From Octopus sinensis (taxonomy: Eukaryota), in NCBI RefSeq assembly GCF_006345805.1, contig NC_043011.1:63004464-63068463 (forward strand): 64,000 bases of DNA. The letters are read 5' to 3'. The position numbers and the translations under genes were made by a program. The notes under the pieces are model-generated. The model was not told where the DNA came from, did no database searches, and worked only from the letters and a program-made list of their open reading frames with translations. Of this stretch, positions 14,148 through 27,300 are shown piece by piece (positions within the stretch are counted from its first letter, which is position 1; each line of letters opens with the position of its first letter).

Positions 14148-14280
14148 TTATAGAAGGAGCTTCTACAGGACTAGAACTGTTTCATTCAAATGAAATCATC
14201 AGGAAGCTTGCTATCAGCAAGCTTCCTGATGATTTCATTTGAATGAAACAGTTCTAGTCCTGTAGAAGCTCCTTCTATAA
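14148..14280. repeat. Perfect 65-bp inverted repeat with a 3-nt loop
   Basis: 14148-14212 is the exact reverse complement of 14216-14280. A single truncated arm recurs at about 48410-48463. Confidence 0.9.
14220..14270 (+). ncRNA. Type I hammerhead ribozyme motif (mirror copy on the - strand at 14158-14208)
   Basis: AGCTTC-CTGATGA-tTTCatttGAAt-GAAA-CAG ttctagtc CTG-TA-GAAGCT. Stem II is weak, with a U-U closing pair. Confidence 0.68.
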
Positions 14281-14352
14281 AATAAATTTATTTACTCTGC
14301 TATGTATTGAGTACCTTATTTACTGTGGTTAACCCCGACTCAACCCGGGACC

Positions 14353-14392
<40 letters not shown>

Positions 14393-14489
14393 TACATATG
14401 TATGTATTTATATATCCATATCCATATATATGTATGTTAATATATGTGCGTATGTACGTGTGAGTATGTTTATCTACAGATGTATTATA

Positions 14490-14923
14490 TTGAAAACAAG
14501 AATATTATTGATGGTGACTTCATCCGGTTAAGTCAACCCCGATGCATTCAGGTTAATCTTAGTTTTCTGCAGTTGTTATTGAGTTTAAATATCGCTTGGT
14601 GTCTTGGGTTTCAATTCAGTGGTAATATATTTTTAGTGAGAGTTGTTATGGAGAGGTGTTTTGGAGAAATATTTATTGATCATATTTGGTTTTTTGTTAT
14701 TGCTTAGAATTGCACAAATAAATTCTAAACTATAACATAACCCCAAATTTGATCAATAATAATTTTCTCAAAACACGTCTCTATAGTAACACATCTTAAA
14801 TTTAATTAATGAAAGCCACATACCCATCGAAGGTTTTTATTCATCGGATACAATATAATGCCTAGATTGACAATGGCTCAACTCGTCAAAACCTCTTCGT
14901 CACTGTCAATAAATATTCCTGTA

Positions 14924-14925
<2 letters not shown>
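14490..14925. mobile_element. Degenerate palindromic (MITE/foldback-like) element
   Basis: Imperfect inverted arms, e.g. gagaggtgttttggagaaatatttattgatca vs tgatcaataataattttctcaaaacacgtctc. Flanked by TA-rich tracts. Confidence 0.5.
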
Positions 14926-14963
<38 letters not shown>

Positions 14964-15949
14964 AGAGAGAGAGAGATACTCATGCACACAAGATATATTT
15001 ATAAATACAACGAGAGAGGGAGGGGAGGGGAAGGGAGAGAGATTATGGGAAATCTCGGAGCAGAGAATGGCAATGAAGGAGATACTTTTTCATTTAGTAT
15101 TATTATTCCGCAGCAATAAAAAGTCTTCTAATTTAAACATTGTACGATTTTCAGCGCAATAAAATTTTTCTCGGTAATTTCAGTATTCATTGTTACGCAT
15201 GAAGACACACACACACACAGGCACACACACACTCCTACACATACACACACTCATATGCATATGTTTATGCATCTATGTACGTATGACAGTATATATATCC
15301 TTTCATAAAAATATAATCTTAGTAAAAACAATAAAATAATTTGATTATCCAAACTAAGATATCATCCTCGACATATCACAGTTGAAACAGCAATGAAAAT
15401 TATAATCAACTACATATGTCAATGAGAGTAGTAATAATAATTATAATAGCAACAGGAACAACAACATTAATAACATTTTCTCCTATGAATTAATGAAATG
15501 TTGAGAAACGGGGTACATCGACCCAGTACCCCACTGGTACATATTTTCTCAATTAGAAGAGGTTGATATGGCGAAGTTAACCGCAGCGGAATTTAAGCTC
15601 AGAACGTGCTAACAATTCCGTAGCCTGACTCAGAGAATTAGGATACAATCGCTCATGCAAGTATCTAGGAATGGACGAAATATCCGAAATGCAACACAGG
15701 GGAAACATGAGAAATTTGGAGAGAATATTGCAGGAGATTTAGAGTTCTCTGAAGAAAATCTGAAATTATTATTAATAAGATGATATCGATTAAGACGCTA
15801 ATTATAAATTACAGTTTCAACGTATTAAACCGCATGATTTGTTATTTGAGAACCTTAACTAGAAAAAGCAGGAAAGTATTAACAGCATACGAAGTCACAG
15901 TGCGAAAGCAGACACAAGCAGAATATATACCAAGCAGAAACAAACTCTA

Positions 15950-16920
15950 CTGAAACACTGATTACACAGCAGAAATTGTGAAAGAGAGAGAGAAGAAAAA
16001 CTCTTCGTGCATGCGTACATACGGTGCGTTTTTTCCTAAATGTTGTAGGTGTGGTATCAACGATTGAAAATGCATTGTATTTATAATAAAACTAGAAATA
16101 ATTGAAGAAAACCATAGAATTGAAATATCAAATGGGGAAACAATGACACCAGTTGAGAAAGGACAATGCTCTATATATTCGGGGTTACTATGGGAAGATG
16201 AAATACAACATGGAGAGAGAAAGCAAATTGTAAGTTGAGGGTGAAAAATAGAGTAAAACATGTTATTGAAGCAATAAGTATAATTGTAGTATCCGTAATC
16301 AGATGTGGAGTTGTAATTGTAGATTGGGCCAAAAGCGGCATTCAAGAAGCTGGCAGAAGAACTAGAAATATGTTGACTATGTATATAGCTCAACAGTCGA
16401 AACTTGATACTAACCGGTTCTACTTAAAATGAGACCAGGGTGGAAGAAGCTAATTTGCTGTGGAAGAGTGTAGACGGATCGAATGAGAAGTCTTGCTAGA
16501 ATATTTACAGCAAAGTACAGAGAAATTTCTAAAGACATGGGACAAAACGCAGGTAATCAAGTGTGGGACAGTAGAAAAGGACAAGAATGGAATTCAATGA
16601 GACCTATTCAAAGATATTGAAGAGAAACCTTTGGATGGTCAATTTTGGAAAGACAATGATGATTTATGTGGATGAAAAGTAAATGGGCTGAGAAAGAAAG
16701 AAAAAAATATGAATTATATATCGAAATAAAGATCCCAATTGTAGCTGCTCAAGATCAAACACTAGAACAATAACTTGAGACAATATGTGTTTGGGGGAGA
16801 AGGGGTCATCAAAATATAAGGTTTGAGAGATTTGGGATGAAACTAGGACAGAAAATGTCCGAAATTGGGTCGGGGAGGATATAAGAAATGAAGGCATGAC
16901 CAAATTTTGAAGTGTTTAGA
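15950..16920 (+). mobile_element. Highly degenerate Dong/R4-like RT remnant
   Basis: Residual motifs (YSGLL, IQEAGRRTRNMLTM, RFYLK*DQGGRS, IVAAQDQTL) with many stops, ending at an AAT tract. Confidence 0.5.
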
Positions 16921-16975
16921 AATGATGATATTGATGATGATGATAATGAGGTTAATAATAATAATAATAATAATA

Positions 16976-17042
<67 letters not shown>

Positions 17043-20000
17043 TACAATAATAATAATGAAAAGAAGAAAAAGAATAAATAGAAGATGAAGAAGAAATGAC
17101 GGGCTTATATGTATATAAAGCGCTCTCATATATGTGTATCTTATATTTCTGTAGTTATAGAAATGTGAAGATAGATGAAGAGAAAGAGGATGAAAGACAA
17201 GTGGAGGCTGATATTTCTGTGCATATGTTCTGTTGTTCTTTTGTTAGTTTCAGTCATTTGACTGCGGCCATGCTGGAGCACCGTATATATTAAATATATT
17301 TGATAATGTAATGATTATTTTATATGAAGCAGGAAAAATATCGAAGATGGAGTGTTGAAGGAGCTATATAAATCATTCGTTAACATGTGTATAAATACAC
17401 ATACATACACGTGTGTGTGGGTGCGTATCTTTCTCTCTCTTTATATGTATAGACAGACACACATGCGCACTTATTTATTTGCGGCATTATATGCGTACAA
17501 CAAACATCTGAAAAATAACCAAATAAATTCTCACGCCAAGACGACTGTTATTTCTTGTCAATATCATTTTGTACGTGGTTTTGTGGATTTCGAATTCAAT
17601 TGCGTTCGATTGCGTCTTGACACTTCCCGACATTGTTAAAATGTAACTACTTATTAGGAAAATCACCTTAGTAAAATAATGCAAATTGATTTCAAGTGAT
17701 TGGAGAGAACTGAAAACTCAAGAAGATATGTGTGTGAATTGACATTTAAACAGAAGAAATAATAACACTGTTTCGAATATATTGTGAATGTAAATTACAG
17801 CTTTCTAAAAAAAGTATACACTCTTAATACATTTGGTAGTAATTCTGTGCATAACAAATTCTATTGCATTTGTATTGGGTGGAATGGCAAGGCAGTTCAA
17901 ATGAAATTGGGTTAGCAAAATGTCTATTCCTTCTGCTGCAGTGTGTGTCACATAAGAACATGGTTGTGCTCGTCGCTACAACTTGAGCGCCTCAAATTTA
18001 AGACTTGACTCGCGGTTAAGGGGGCTATATGCGACAACTGGTATGATTCTGTAATCTTTATGTTAGGGCCTGCAAAATGATAGATGCCCTATTGCACACT
18101 AGTGTAATTCAAATATTAGATGTAAAGTTAATTTAGCTAATAATCTAGTACGCTGATCTCCTTTTAGTTTCGATTCAAAAACGAACGCTACAGTAAAAAA
18201 AAATTGTACATCCAGGTGGGTACTAGGTTTCAATATGGCTCAATTCGATGTTGTTTATGTTAATCTTCAATTATTGCCAGCGGATAGCTGCAAAAAGAAA
18301 ACAAGAACGTGCAAAGAGGGTTAAAAGACTCAAGTTTGACTGGTTTCTTACGAAGTAATCAATCGATTCCAAACTAAGCTTCGTGAATATTCTCGACAAA
18401 TATTTCTTCTATCTTAGAAATTTACTAAATGCTAAGAAAGTTGAGATAGAAATGTCCAATCAAAACTCTCTCAAGTGCTTCACAGGTCTCTCACAGTCAG
18501 TTTTGTAAAGTGGTGATGTTGTTCTTCCAATTATTGTCTCTTAAATAAACATAGACAGTTTTGATATTGCGAAATAGTCTATGCCATGAAGACATTTAAC
18601 GATCGTAATCCATATCTCATATGTACCGTTTTATTTAAATCTGTGCTGTAAATGTATGAAAGGAAATGTCCAGAGGATATGTTCAGATGATGCATGATCA
18701 AACAATATGTTTATGGTAGGTGTTAGTGATAGTGGACACAGGATAAGTTCACCTGCAACGTTTCAGTGGAAATGAAAGTATGTCAAACAGTTTGAGAAAC
18801 AATGTCCATAGCATTTATTGTACAAATTGACAACGATACGACACGCTATATCAGTAGGCCATTCAGTGACAGGGATACATTTATGTGTTGCACCTTCCCT
18901 GACTTGATCGCATTAATTTAACATACATTCTGTTATTGATGCTTTATGGAGTATCATTTGTGCCTTAAAAAATTGTCAGACAACGTTATTCCGCTGTAAA
19001 GTCGTTGAGAAATACCTTCTCCTGGATAAGTCACCTGAGCTCGTAAAACATCACTAGTTACGACATTTAGTGTTTCAGTTATTGTTGTTTAGATAAGGGA
19101 CTTGCCACTAGTGTTGAATAATTAACGTCTCTGTTACAGAGCTTCAGTAAAGGATTTCTATGGTCTGTGTTGAAGATCTCAGTGCAGATTTTTCTTCAAG
19201 TTTTTAAATTGCATATGGCCGAAATTTCGACAGGAAAGCCTATCGAAGTAGAAACAATTGCGTAAATCGTGTCAAACCAAGCGTTCTTATATGTGACTCT
19301 ATGATTCTTGGCCAAATCACGTGGAGTTAAGACATGAACTTAAGGTCCCCCGAAGTCTATGACGGAGCATTACCAACACACACTTTAATAGTGTTATCTA
19401 ATAGGAAACCATTCGTACTAATGACGGAAAATAGACGGATAATGTAGACAAAGGACAGCTTTACTAACCTTTTTCACTTCGAGTAATCCGGCAATAGATT
19501 TACAAAAGTAAATGTAAATCATCTATTGGGTATTATACTCTTTGCTAAATGAAAACGCTACAGAGTACAACTTACATTGGTCGATAAACATCATAATCTG
19601 TGATAAATAATAATATTATATACTTTATTTTTCTGTCAATTTCAGGTTTCGATAGACATGATCTGTAAATGTGAAAAGAACAAAGCATCGATTTATTCTG
19701 CAAAGCATATTCTGTGTATAGCTTACTCTTTTTGGATATTATCCATTGAAAATAATATATATTTCTCTACATGTATCTGAGAGAGATGTTTGTATTATGT
19801 TACTTTAATGCAAACATTTGTATTCAGATTTCATTGAAGATATGCTAATATCTCATTTTCTCTTCAAATTTTCCTATGCAATACTTTGAATAGACATGCG
19901 AATATAGTGTATTTACCATTTAGCTTCTATTATTCGCAGTCAAGATGTACGGAATTATTCAAGCATCCTTAGTTTAATGTCAGGTTGGCACAAGCATGAA

Positions 20001-20064
20001 TTAATAAAGGCCAATAGAAATGGAAACACGAAGTGATTCGTATTATATCATATCGTAATGGAAA

Positions 20065-20102
<38 letters not shown>

Positions 20103-20311
20103 ACGCGCACATATATACATACTTACAAATATACATACGTACATTACAAGTATATACATACATATCTACATACAAATATACATACGTACTTACGTTCGTA
20201 CGTATATACATATACTTATGTCCATACATGCACACGTACATGCATCCATGCATGCCTACGCACTCACACACATATACACACACACACGCACACACACACA
20301 CACACACATAC

Positions 20312-20390
<79 letters not shown>

Positions 20391-22028
20391 CATCTTGTTT
20401 GAAATTAATCTACATAGCTTACTTGATAATTATTACCGCGCACATGGCTTCATGTAATAGCCATAATATTTATTTAAATTGTCAAACCAATGTCAATTAA
20501 ACTCACCAACAAATGTTGGAACATTTGCCAGAGTCAGAACAGAAATATATCACCAAATAATGTGATAGATCTCATAGAAATAAATTAATTTTCTCAACTT
20601 TAGTTAAAATTTAATTACTGCAACTTAATTTTTGCCATTTGCACCGCATATGGCTATAACAAAATCGTGTACATCACACTATCATTGAGGCTAGACAATG
20701 AGAAAGTAAGATTTTTCAGACACTTATTGTGAAAACATTTTAAACGTGTAGATTAATCAATGCAAACATCAACTACAGAGAATTTTCCTGAAGCTACTGA
20801 CGTACATGCTCTCCACTTATGAGATTGCTGATTTGGGGAAATTCATGAGTGACTTAAGGCAATTCTGTATAGATCTTGATCATTCATATCATTCGAGGAA
20901 CATAAATATCGATAATGAACTTAAAATAAAGAGAAAATTCACAAAGATCTTTGTGAATATTGCTTTGGGAGATTTTTTCAGATTCTGTGGCATTCATTTT
21001 ATTTCAAACGTAGCCTCACCAAATGATATTTGGTAACCAATATTCCTTGTCAGAAACGGAAACAAAACAAAGCAGACAGCGTATGGTGGATTTCACACCA
21101 CAGAATATCAGATCAGTACTAAAATGATGCATAGGTGTTTTTGAATTTAAGCGACGTCTTAAAATTAAACGGGTGCATATATATATACATATATACATAT
21201 ATACATATATGTATATAATTAAATAATGAGAGTAGAAATTAATATTATTACATGATATTGATTTAAACCAGTGGCCAGCACACTTTAAAAATGTCTGAAG
21301 ACAATGAACTATATTTATATCGCCCTGTTTATTTCTGTGTACCTTTTTGTCGAAGAGCGTAGCCTGGAAACGTAAAAGACTTTCTCACTTCCGGACCGTT
21401 AAACTAATACATGTGTTTGTTGTTTACACACCCGTCATCGCCTTTTGTGCTTTTGTAAATCCCCCCCCCATATATATATACAAAATCAGCCATATCAACA
21501 TAACTTCATCATCAACTGCTCCACGCATATCATGGTTTTGACACACGGGCAGTGCCATTCAATCCCGCAACAGTAATCTGTCAACAACATAAGTGTTCTT
21601 TCGGAACAAATATATATGCAACTCCTAAATCAGTAAAGAAACAGCGACCACACCTTTAAGTCATACAAAAATATTCCCTACATAGTATAACATAAAAGTG
21701 AAAGCTTAATGACCACATTCATTCAATCTAAACACAGGCAGGATTAAACACCATCTTTAAAATTAAACTACAATAAAACTTTTAGAAATTTTTACTACCA
21801 GTGGCCTAGCGTGTAGAAAAATTAGTCAATAAACTATATATTATTCGTATAAATACAGTGTACATTTAAATACATAAGAGCTATCCGTCATAGTATTCCT
21901 GGCATGCTAGAACGAACATCTAAAATCCAAACCAAATTATTTTATTTGCAAGTATAATATGCTGGCGTAGGTTTCCGCCACAACATTCGAAACTCGGAGT
22001 TTTATCATGGCTACCGAATTCTCGTCAC

Positions 22029-22098
<70 letters not shown>

Positions 22099-22271
22099 GT
22101 ATTAGCTCTGAATTAGGTTCCAGTCAACGGCTAACCACAACGATCAGTAACTAACGTCTATGTTTACATTTAGATTTCACTCACACCGTGGACCGTAAAA
22201 ATTGTCTGGAGTATATATTAATAATAATGATAATATAGTTTATGCATGTGTGTTTCATTATATATCCTCTA

Positions 22272-22374
<103 letters not shown>

Positions 22375-22375
22375 G

Positions 22376-22465
<90 letters not shown>

Positions 22466-22646
22466 AATGGATGAATGAATTATCCTTTGTTTACAGTTAA
22501 CATGGAAAATTCAATAAACAGTTACCAGGGTACCAATATTCACACAAGTAACAAGGATGTAGCGACCTATTCAAATGTAGAAACTCCGGTTAATGTGCAG
22601 TAATTTGTTTAGTATAAGTAAATATATGTTGAGATAGGTTCTCTTT

Positions 22647-22729
22647 CTTTCCTGTTGAGAAGATTGCATTTTATACGATTTATGCCTTTGGAATAAAACC
22701 AATGTCGTCTTCGAAGCATGTGTCGAAAG
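22647..22729 (+). ncRNA. Degenerate hammerhead, same repeat family as 34413-34497
   Basis: CTTTC-CTGTTGA-GAAGA...TCTTC-GAAG-CATGTG-TC-GAAAG. Two core substitutions, stems retained. Confidence 0.5.
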
Positions 22730-23371
22730 TAAAAGAATTTGAATAGCATCTTCGTTCAACTCCATTTATTTATATATGAATATATATTATGTCTGCATCT
22801 TCCTGAATGTGTTGGATCCCTACCTCAGCTTGACACACTTCCCAGCAAGTGTTGGTATTTTACCTCACCGTAACCTAGATATTCTGCTAGCAGTAGCATG
22901 GAACAATTATCTCACTTTAAAATAAGAAGTAGGTGTCATTATTGATTTACGCTATTAAAGCCCCTTCAAGGCGGCCGCCCAGTACTGAGGCTATTCAATG
23001 ATTGAACCAATTACAAGATAGCAGGTCTGTATGTCTCTCTGTATGTTTGTATGCATGAATGTATGTACATACATATGTACGTTTGTTTGTACAATATTAT
23101 ATTAAGGGCGTTTATACAGACACAGATATGTGTGTATATATATATATACATATATATACATATACAGGCACATTTATATATGTATATGTGTATATATACA
23201 TGTGCATATAACTCTATCTAAGTATATAGATACATAGATAGATTGATATATAGATATGTGCACTCATGCATGCACATGCACATGTATATACTTGTGTCAG
23301 TGTAGAGGCATGCACACGAAAATATACACACAGCTATACACACGCACACATACACAGACACAGACACACAT

Positions 23372-23404
<33 letters not shown>

Positions 23405-23421
23405 GAAATTCAGGGTGAGTA

Positions 23422-23536
<115 letters not shown>

Positions 23537-23964
23537 TGAGGTGTACATGTATTAGTACATAAAGAAGTCTACATACGTATAGATAATACTTTATATATAT
23601 AGTTTTTTCCAACAGGTTGTATATGTGTATACACCTGTACATGTGAGTATATGGCTCTGTGTGCATAATATCCCTTGTGTTTTGTCCTTTCATTAATGAA
23701 TCTAAACTCTCATTTTGGGTGCTATAGAAATTTCCACTGAATACTGTTTTGAATTTCAATTGAAAATGAATATACGAAACAATGCACAAATATACACATT
23801 GTACGTCCATACGGTTTTTTTTTTACGAATGCAAAATTTGATCGTGCAATAGAATATAATGAGAGCTATACTGCTAAAAGTACTGATGCCTCATTGATTT
23901 CTACGTGAAGTACTTTGAAAAATTTAGGTCTTTTCTTGTACACAAAGCAACTTATTATCGAGAC

Positions 23965-24010
23965 ACGGAGATTTTGAACACCTGGTGTAAATTATTCTTC
24001 TATATAAGAC
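23965..24010 (+). promoter_or_regulatory. Gene A core promoter: ACGGAG, E-box CACCTG (23979-23984), TATATAAGAC (24001-24010)
   Basis: Same motifs in the same order as upstream of gene B; the TATA element starts 94 nt before the ATG. Confidence 0.6.
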
Positions 24011-24094
24011 AAGAGTAATTGAAGGCCAACACCACACTATCTCAACAATCATCTTCTCCTGTCTGAGCACCAAAGTTTCATTCCCAAATTCAAT

Positions 24095-24131
24095 ATGAAA
24101 TTCGTCGTATTTCTCTGTCTCCTTATTGTCG
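24095..24131 (+). CDS. Gene A exon 1 coding part (MKFVVFLCLLIV-G, signal peptide)
   Basis: ATG at 24095, 37 nt, donor G|GTAAGT. Same length and phase as gene B exon 1. Confidence 0.88.
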
Positions 24132-24337
24132 GTAAGTTATCTGAGAAAGTTATTTCCTTTCGTTCGAAATTGAATCGCAGCTTGGAGTCGAATTCCTTAA
24201 CATCAATTTGATTATCAACATATTTCTAAAAGGACACATCTGTGCACACTTACACAAAAACTTAGACACAAAATTACATATATGCATACAAACGTAGACA
24301 TGCTTATATATATATATAGAGAGAGAGATAGATAGAT

Positions 24338-24373
<36 letters not shown>

Positions 24374-27300
24374 GCATATACATGCATACACACATACTCA
24401 CACGTATATGTTCTATTGTATATTATACAGAATTAAATGCGTGTATGTGTGTGCATGCACAGTCAAATACGTTTTTTATGTTCCTGATTCTCCAAATATG
24501 TTAGCCAAGCTACGCTTCCATATAAAATCAAAAATTATAATGGGGGAACCATATTTATTTCAATGATGGATCATGAAAAGAAATGGCACTTTCATCTGTT
24601 TTGCTTTTTGTGGGAGAGGGGTTTATAGTTGACTCCCAAACAAATTGTAAGGTGATTCAAACATGCATGTATTTAGCCCTAAGCAAGAAGAAACGAGAGG
24701 CATGTCCACAACAGATATTTTCATTTTTACAAAGCAATACCATCCATTCTTGACCATGTATGGGCAAACCTTCTCGGGAAAGGGCCGCATAAGGCATGGT
24801 TCATTAACAAACAAACCACTTCTAATTTTACGATGGGGTTCAATTTAGAAAGTTTGGAAAGAAACAGTTGGTCCATAACTCGTCGCTATGGTTTCTTTAT
24901 CGCTCAAGTTCTCTTCCAATGAAACACAATATTTAGCATAGCTAAAACCCAATCCGACGAAATCTGTGACCTAGTCCCTTATTGAGCGCTTACAACTCTA
25001 AGGTGACACCAACACTAGGCAATTAATTTGGCAGCTGCTATCGTGTTGCTGCTGCTAATAGGGATGTCCTGGTCTGCATTTAGAAACGTAACACGTGATT
25101 CATTAACGTAAATGTAATAATAGATGCGCCTCCGTTCCTGTGCCCCGTGGATTCTATCTGTTCCGCCACTCTATCTTCTCCACCGCGGCAATAATATCGT
25201 ATCTTACTAACAGGTGCTGCTTTCTTGTAAACTCTGCTCCCCAATGTTTGACTCATTCTATTCTCACCCGATTTCTTTTGTCGACACCCTTCTGACCCTG
25301 CACTAATCACCACAACCAATCTTTCCTTCATTACATATATATAGGAGTGGCAGTCTGGTAAGTTGTTTGCTTACCAACCACATGGTTCCGGGTTCAGTCC
25401 CACCACCATACACTCGGGCCAACGAAAGCCTTGTGAGTGGATTTGGTAGACGGAAACTGAAAGAAGCTCGTCGTATATATACATATATATATGTGGGTAT
25501 GTGTGTGTGTATGTGCGTCTGTGTTTGTCCCCACTATCGCTTGAGAACCGATGTCGGTGTGTGTTGTCCATGTACGCTAGCAGTTCATCAAAAGGGACCG
25601 ATAAAATAATAACTAGGCTTACAAAAATATATCCTGGGTTTGATTTGTTCGAATAAAGGCGGTGCTCCAGCAAGGCCACAGGGAAATTACTGAAACAAAA
25701 GAAAATAAAATAATGAAAGATATGTATATATATGTATGTATATGTATGTATGTATGTATATATAATCTCTCGCATAACTTGTTGGAAAATGTTGGGTCTC
25801 AGCGTATGTTTATTCTGAGCGACTCCTCCGACTGTTTTGAACATTGAATTTGTCTTTGTGGACTTATTTAGACGTTATTTCCGATCTTCCATTAATACCG
25901 ACTTCCAGTGTTTTGCATTGGAGAAGGCATTTCTTTTTTTCCAACGGAGGGCTCACAAAACATTAATCAGCCTCTGCATATTTTGTTAGAGTACAATATA
26001 AACCAAATTCGTTTCAAATATTTACGTAGTGATGTGGACTTTTAAGTGGCATACGAGTCTTGAAACATATTTTACTATTTCGTTAATTGATGTCCGTAAA
26101 GTTGGATTGTAGTCTAAATGTTGCCTATTGAACCGTGCCTCATCCATTTAGCCATACGATCTTCAGTGTTGCATATTTCCATAAATGAGAGTGGCAGTGC
26201 AGCATAAAGGAGACATGATTTAATGTGAGGTATATATAATTAAAACTGATAATTTAGCACAAATCACTACAGATAAATCGCAGATTATCTTTCAAAATCA
26301 AGAATAAAATTAAATATATTCTTGACAATAAGAAATACATTTTATGCGCAGTTTTTAAGTGTATTATTTTACTTCGCGTTTATAATTAAAAAAATTAATT
26401 AACTGAAATCTACAAATTTTCAATTTAAGGTTCTGCTTTATCCCACCAATGTACCGACAAAGCTAAGAAGATCTGTTTGGATGCTATGAGCACCTACCCC
26501 AATGTCAATACAAAAATCCAGACATGTCGGTAAGTTTGATTTTACTAAAAAATCCCCGCATCATTTATCTCTAGATATTTCTATGTATATGTTATTTGCA
26601 TCATTACTATTTCTTGCAATCTCATTTTCACTATGGTTTACAAATCTGTTGTCCGATTTTGATACGGTTTTCTTTCGTTGTGTGTATTGCATAGTATGGA
26701 CATTGCTCTAAATATTACGTGTGCATTAAATGCTAGCGATATTTTGCATATAGTGGCATATTTATTATTCCTTTGGAATTTTGTTATGCATATATCCTCA
26801 AGTTTATAATCATTCAGAAGACTATAATAAAGTTTGATTCCGTTTCTAGTTCCCACGTTATATTTTGGATAATTTTCCATTTTATTTGGATATATAAATA
26901 TCCAATCAGCGTTATTTGAGATTGGTTATATCATCAAGATTGCTTATAACATTTCGTTTTGTCCTACTTAACATTCTTCCAGATAAAACATTTTTCGCAA
27001 AACGATTTAAGGCAATAACTGATTGTCGTTGTATCAAATTCGATCAAGTCTTTGCAAGATAACATGAACATGGACGTCCTTCGTTTGCAAAAAAATACAA
27101 CTTCCAGTTAAATAATACTACAATCAAAAACAATAACATTAGACCTAATTACAATCTCTACCTGCAGCACAGCTTAACCAAGAAGCAATTCGAGAGGTGC
27201 AATTTTATGTTCGTATATTCTGGCCTTTGATGAAGTTAAAAGCAAGATGGGTTACCCTAGGGTACGCCAAGCGCCCCTGTACGCCGGTAGCTCTGGGAGA

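Noticed and set aside
19646-19760. Strong acceptor tttctgtcaatttcag, possibly the terminal exon of an upstream paralogue
   Set aside because: I found no DAMSTYP or RLxMxRSC exons or signal exon in 1-24000, so there is no evidence for a third family member.
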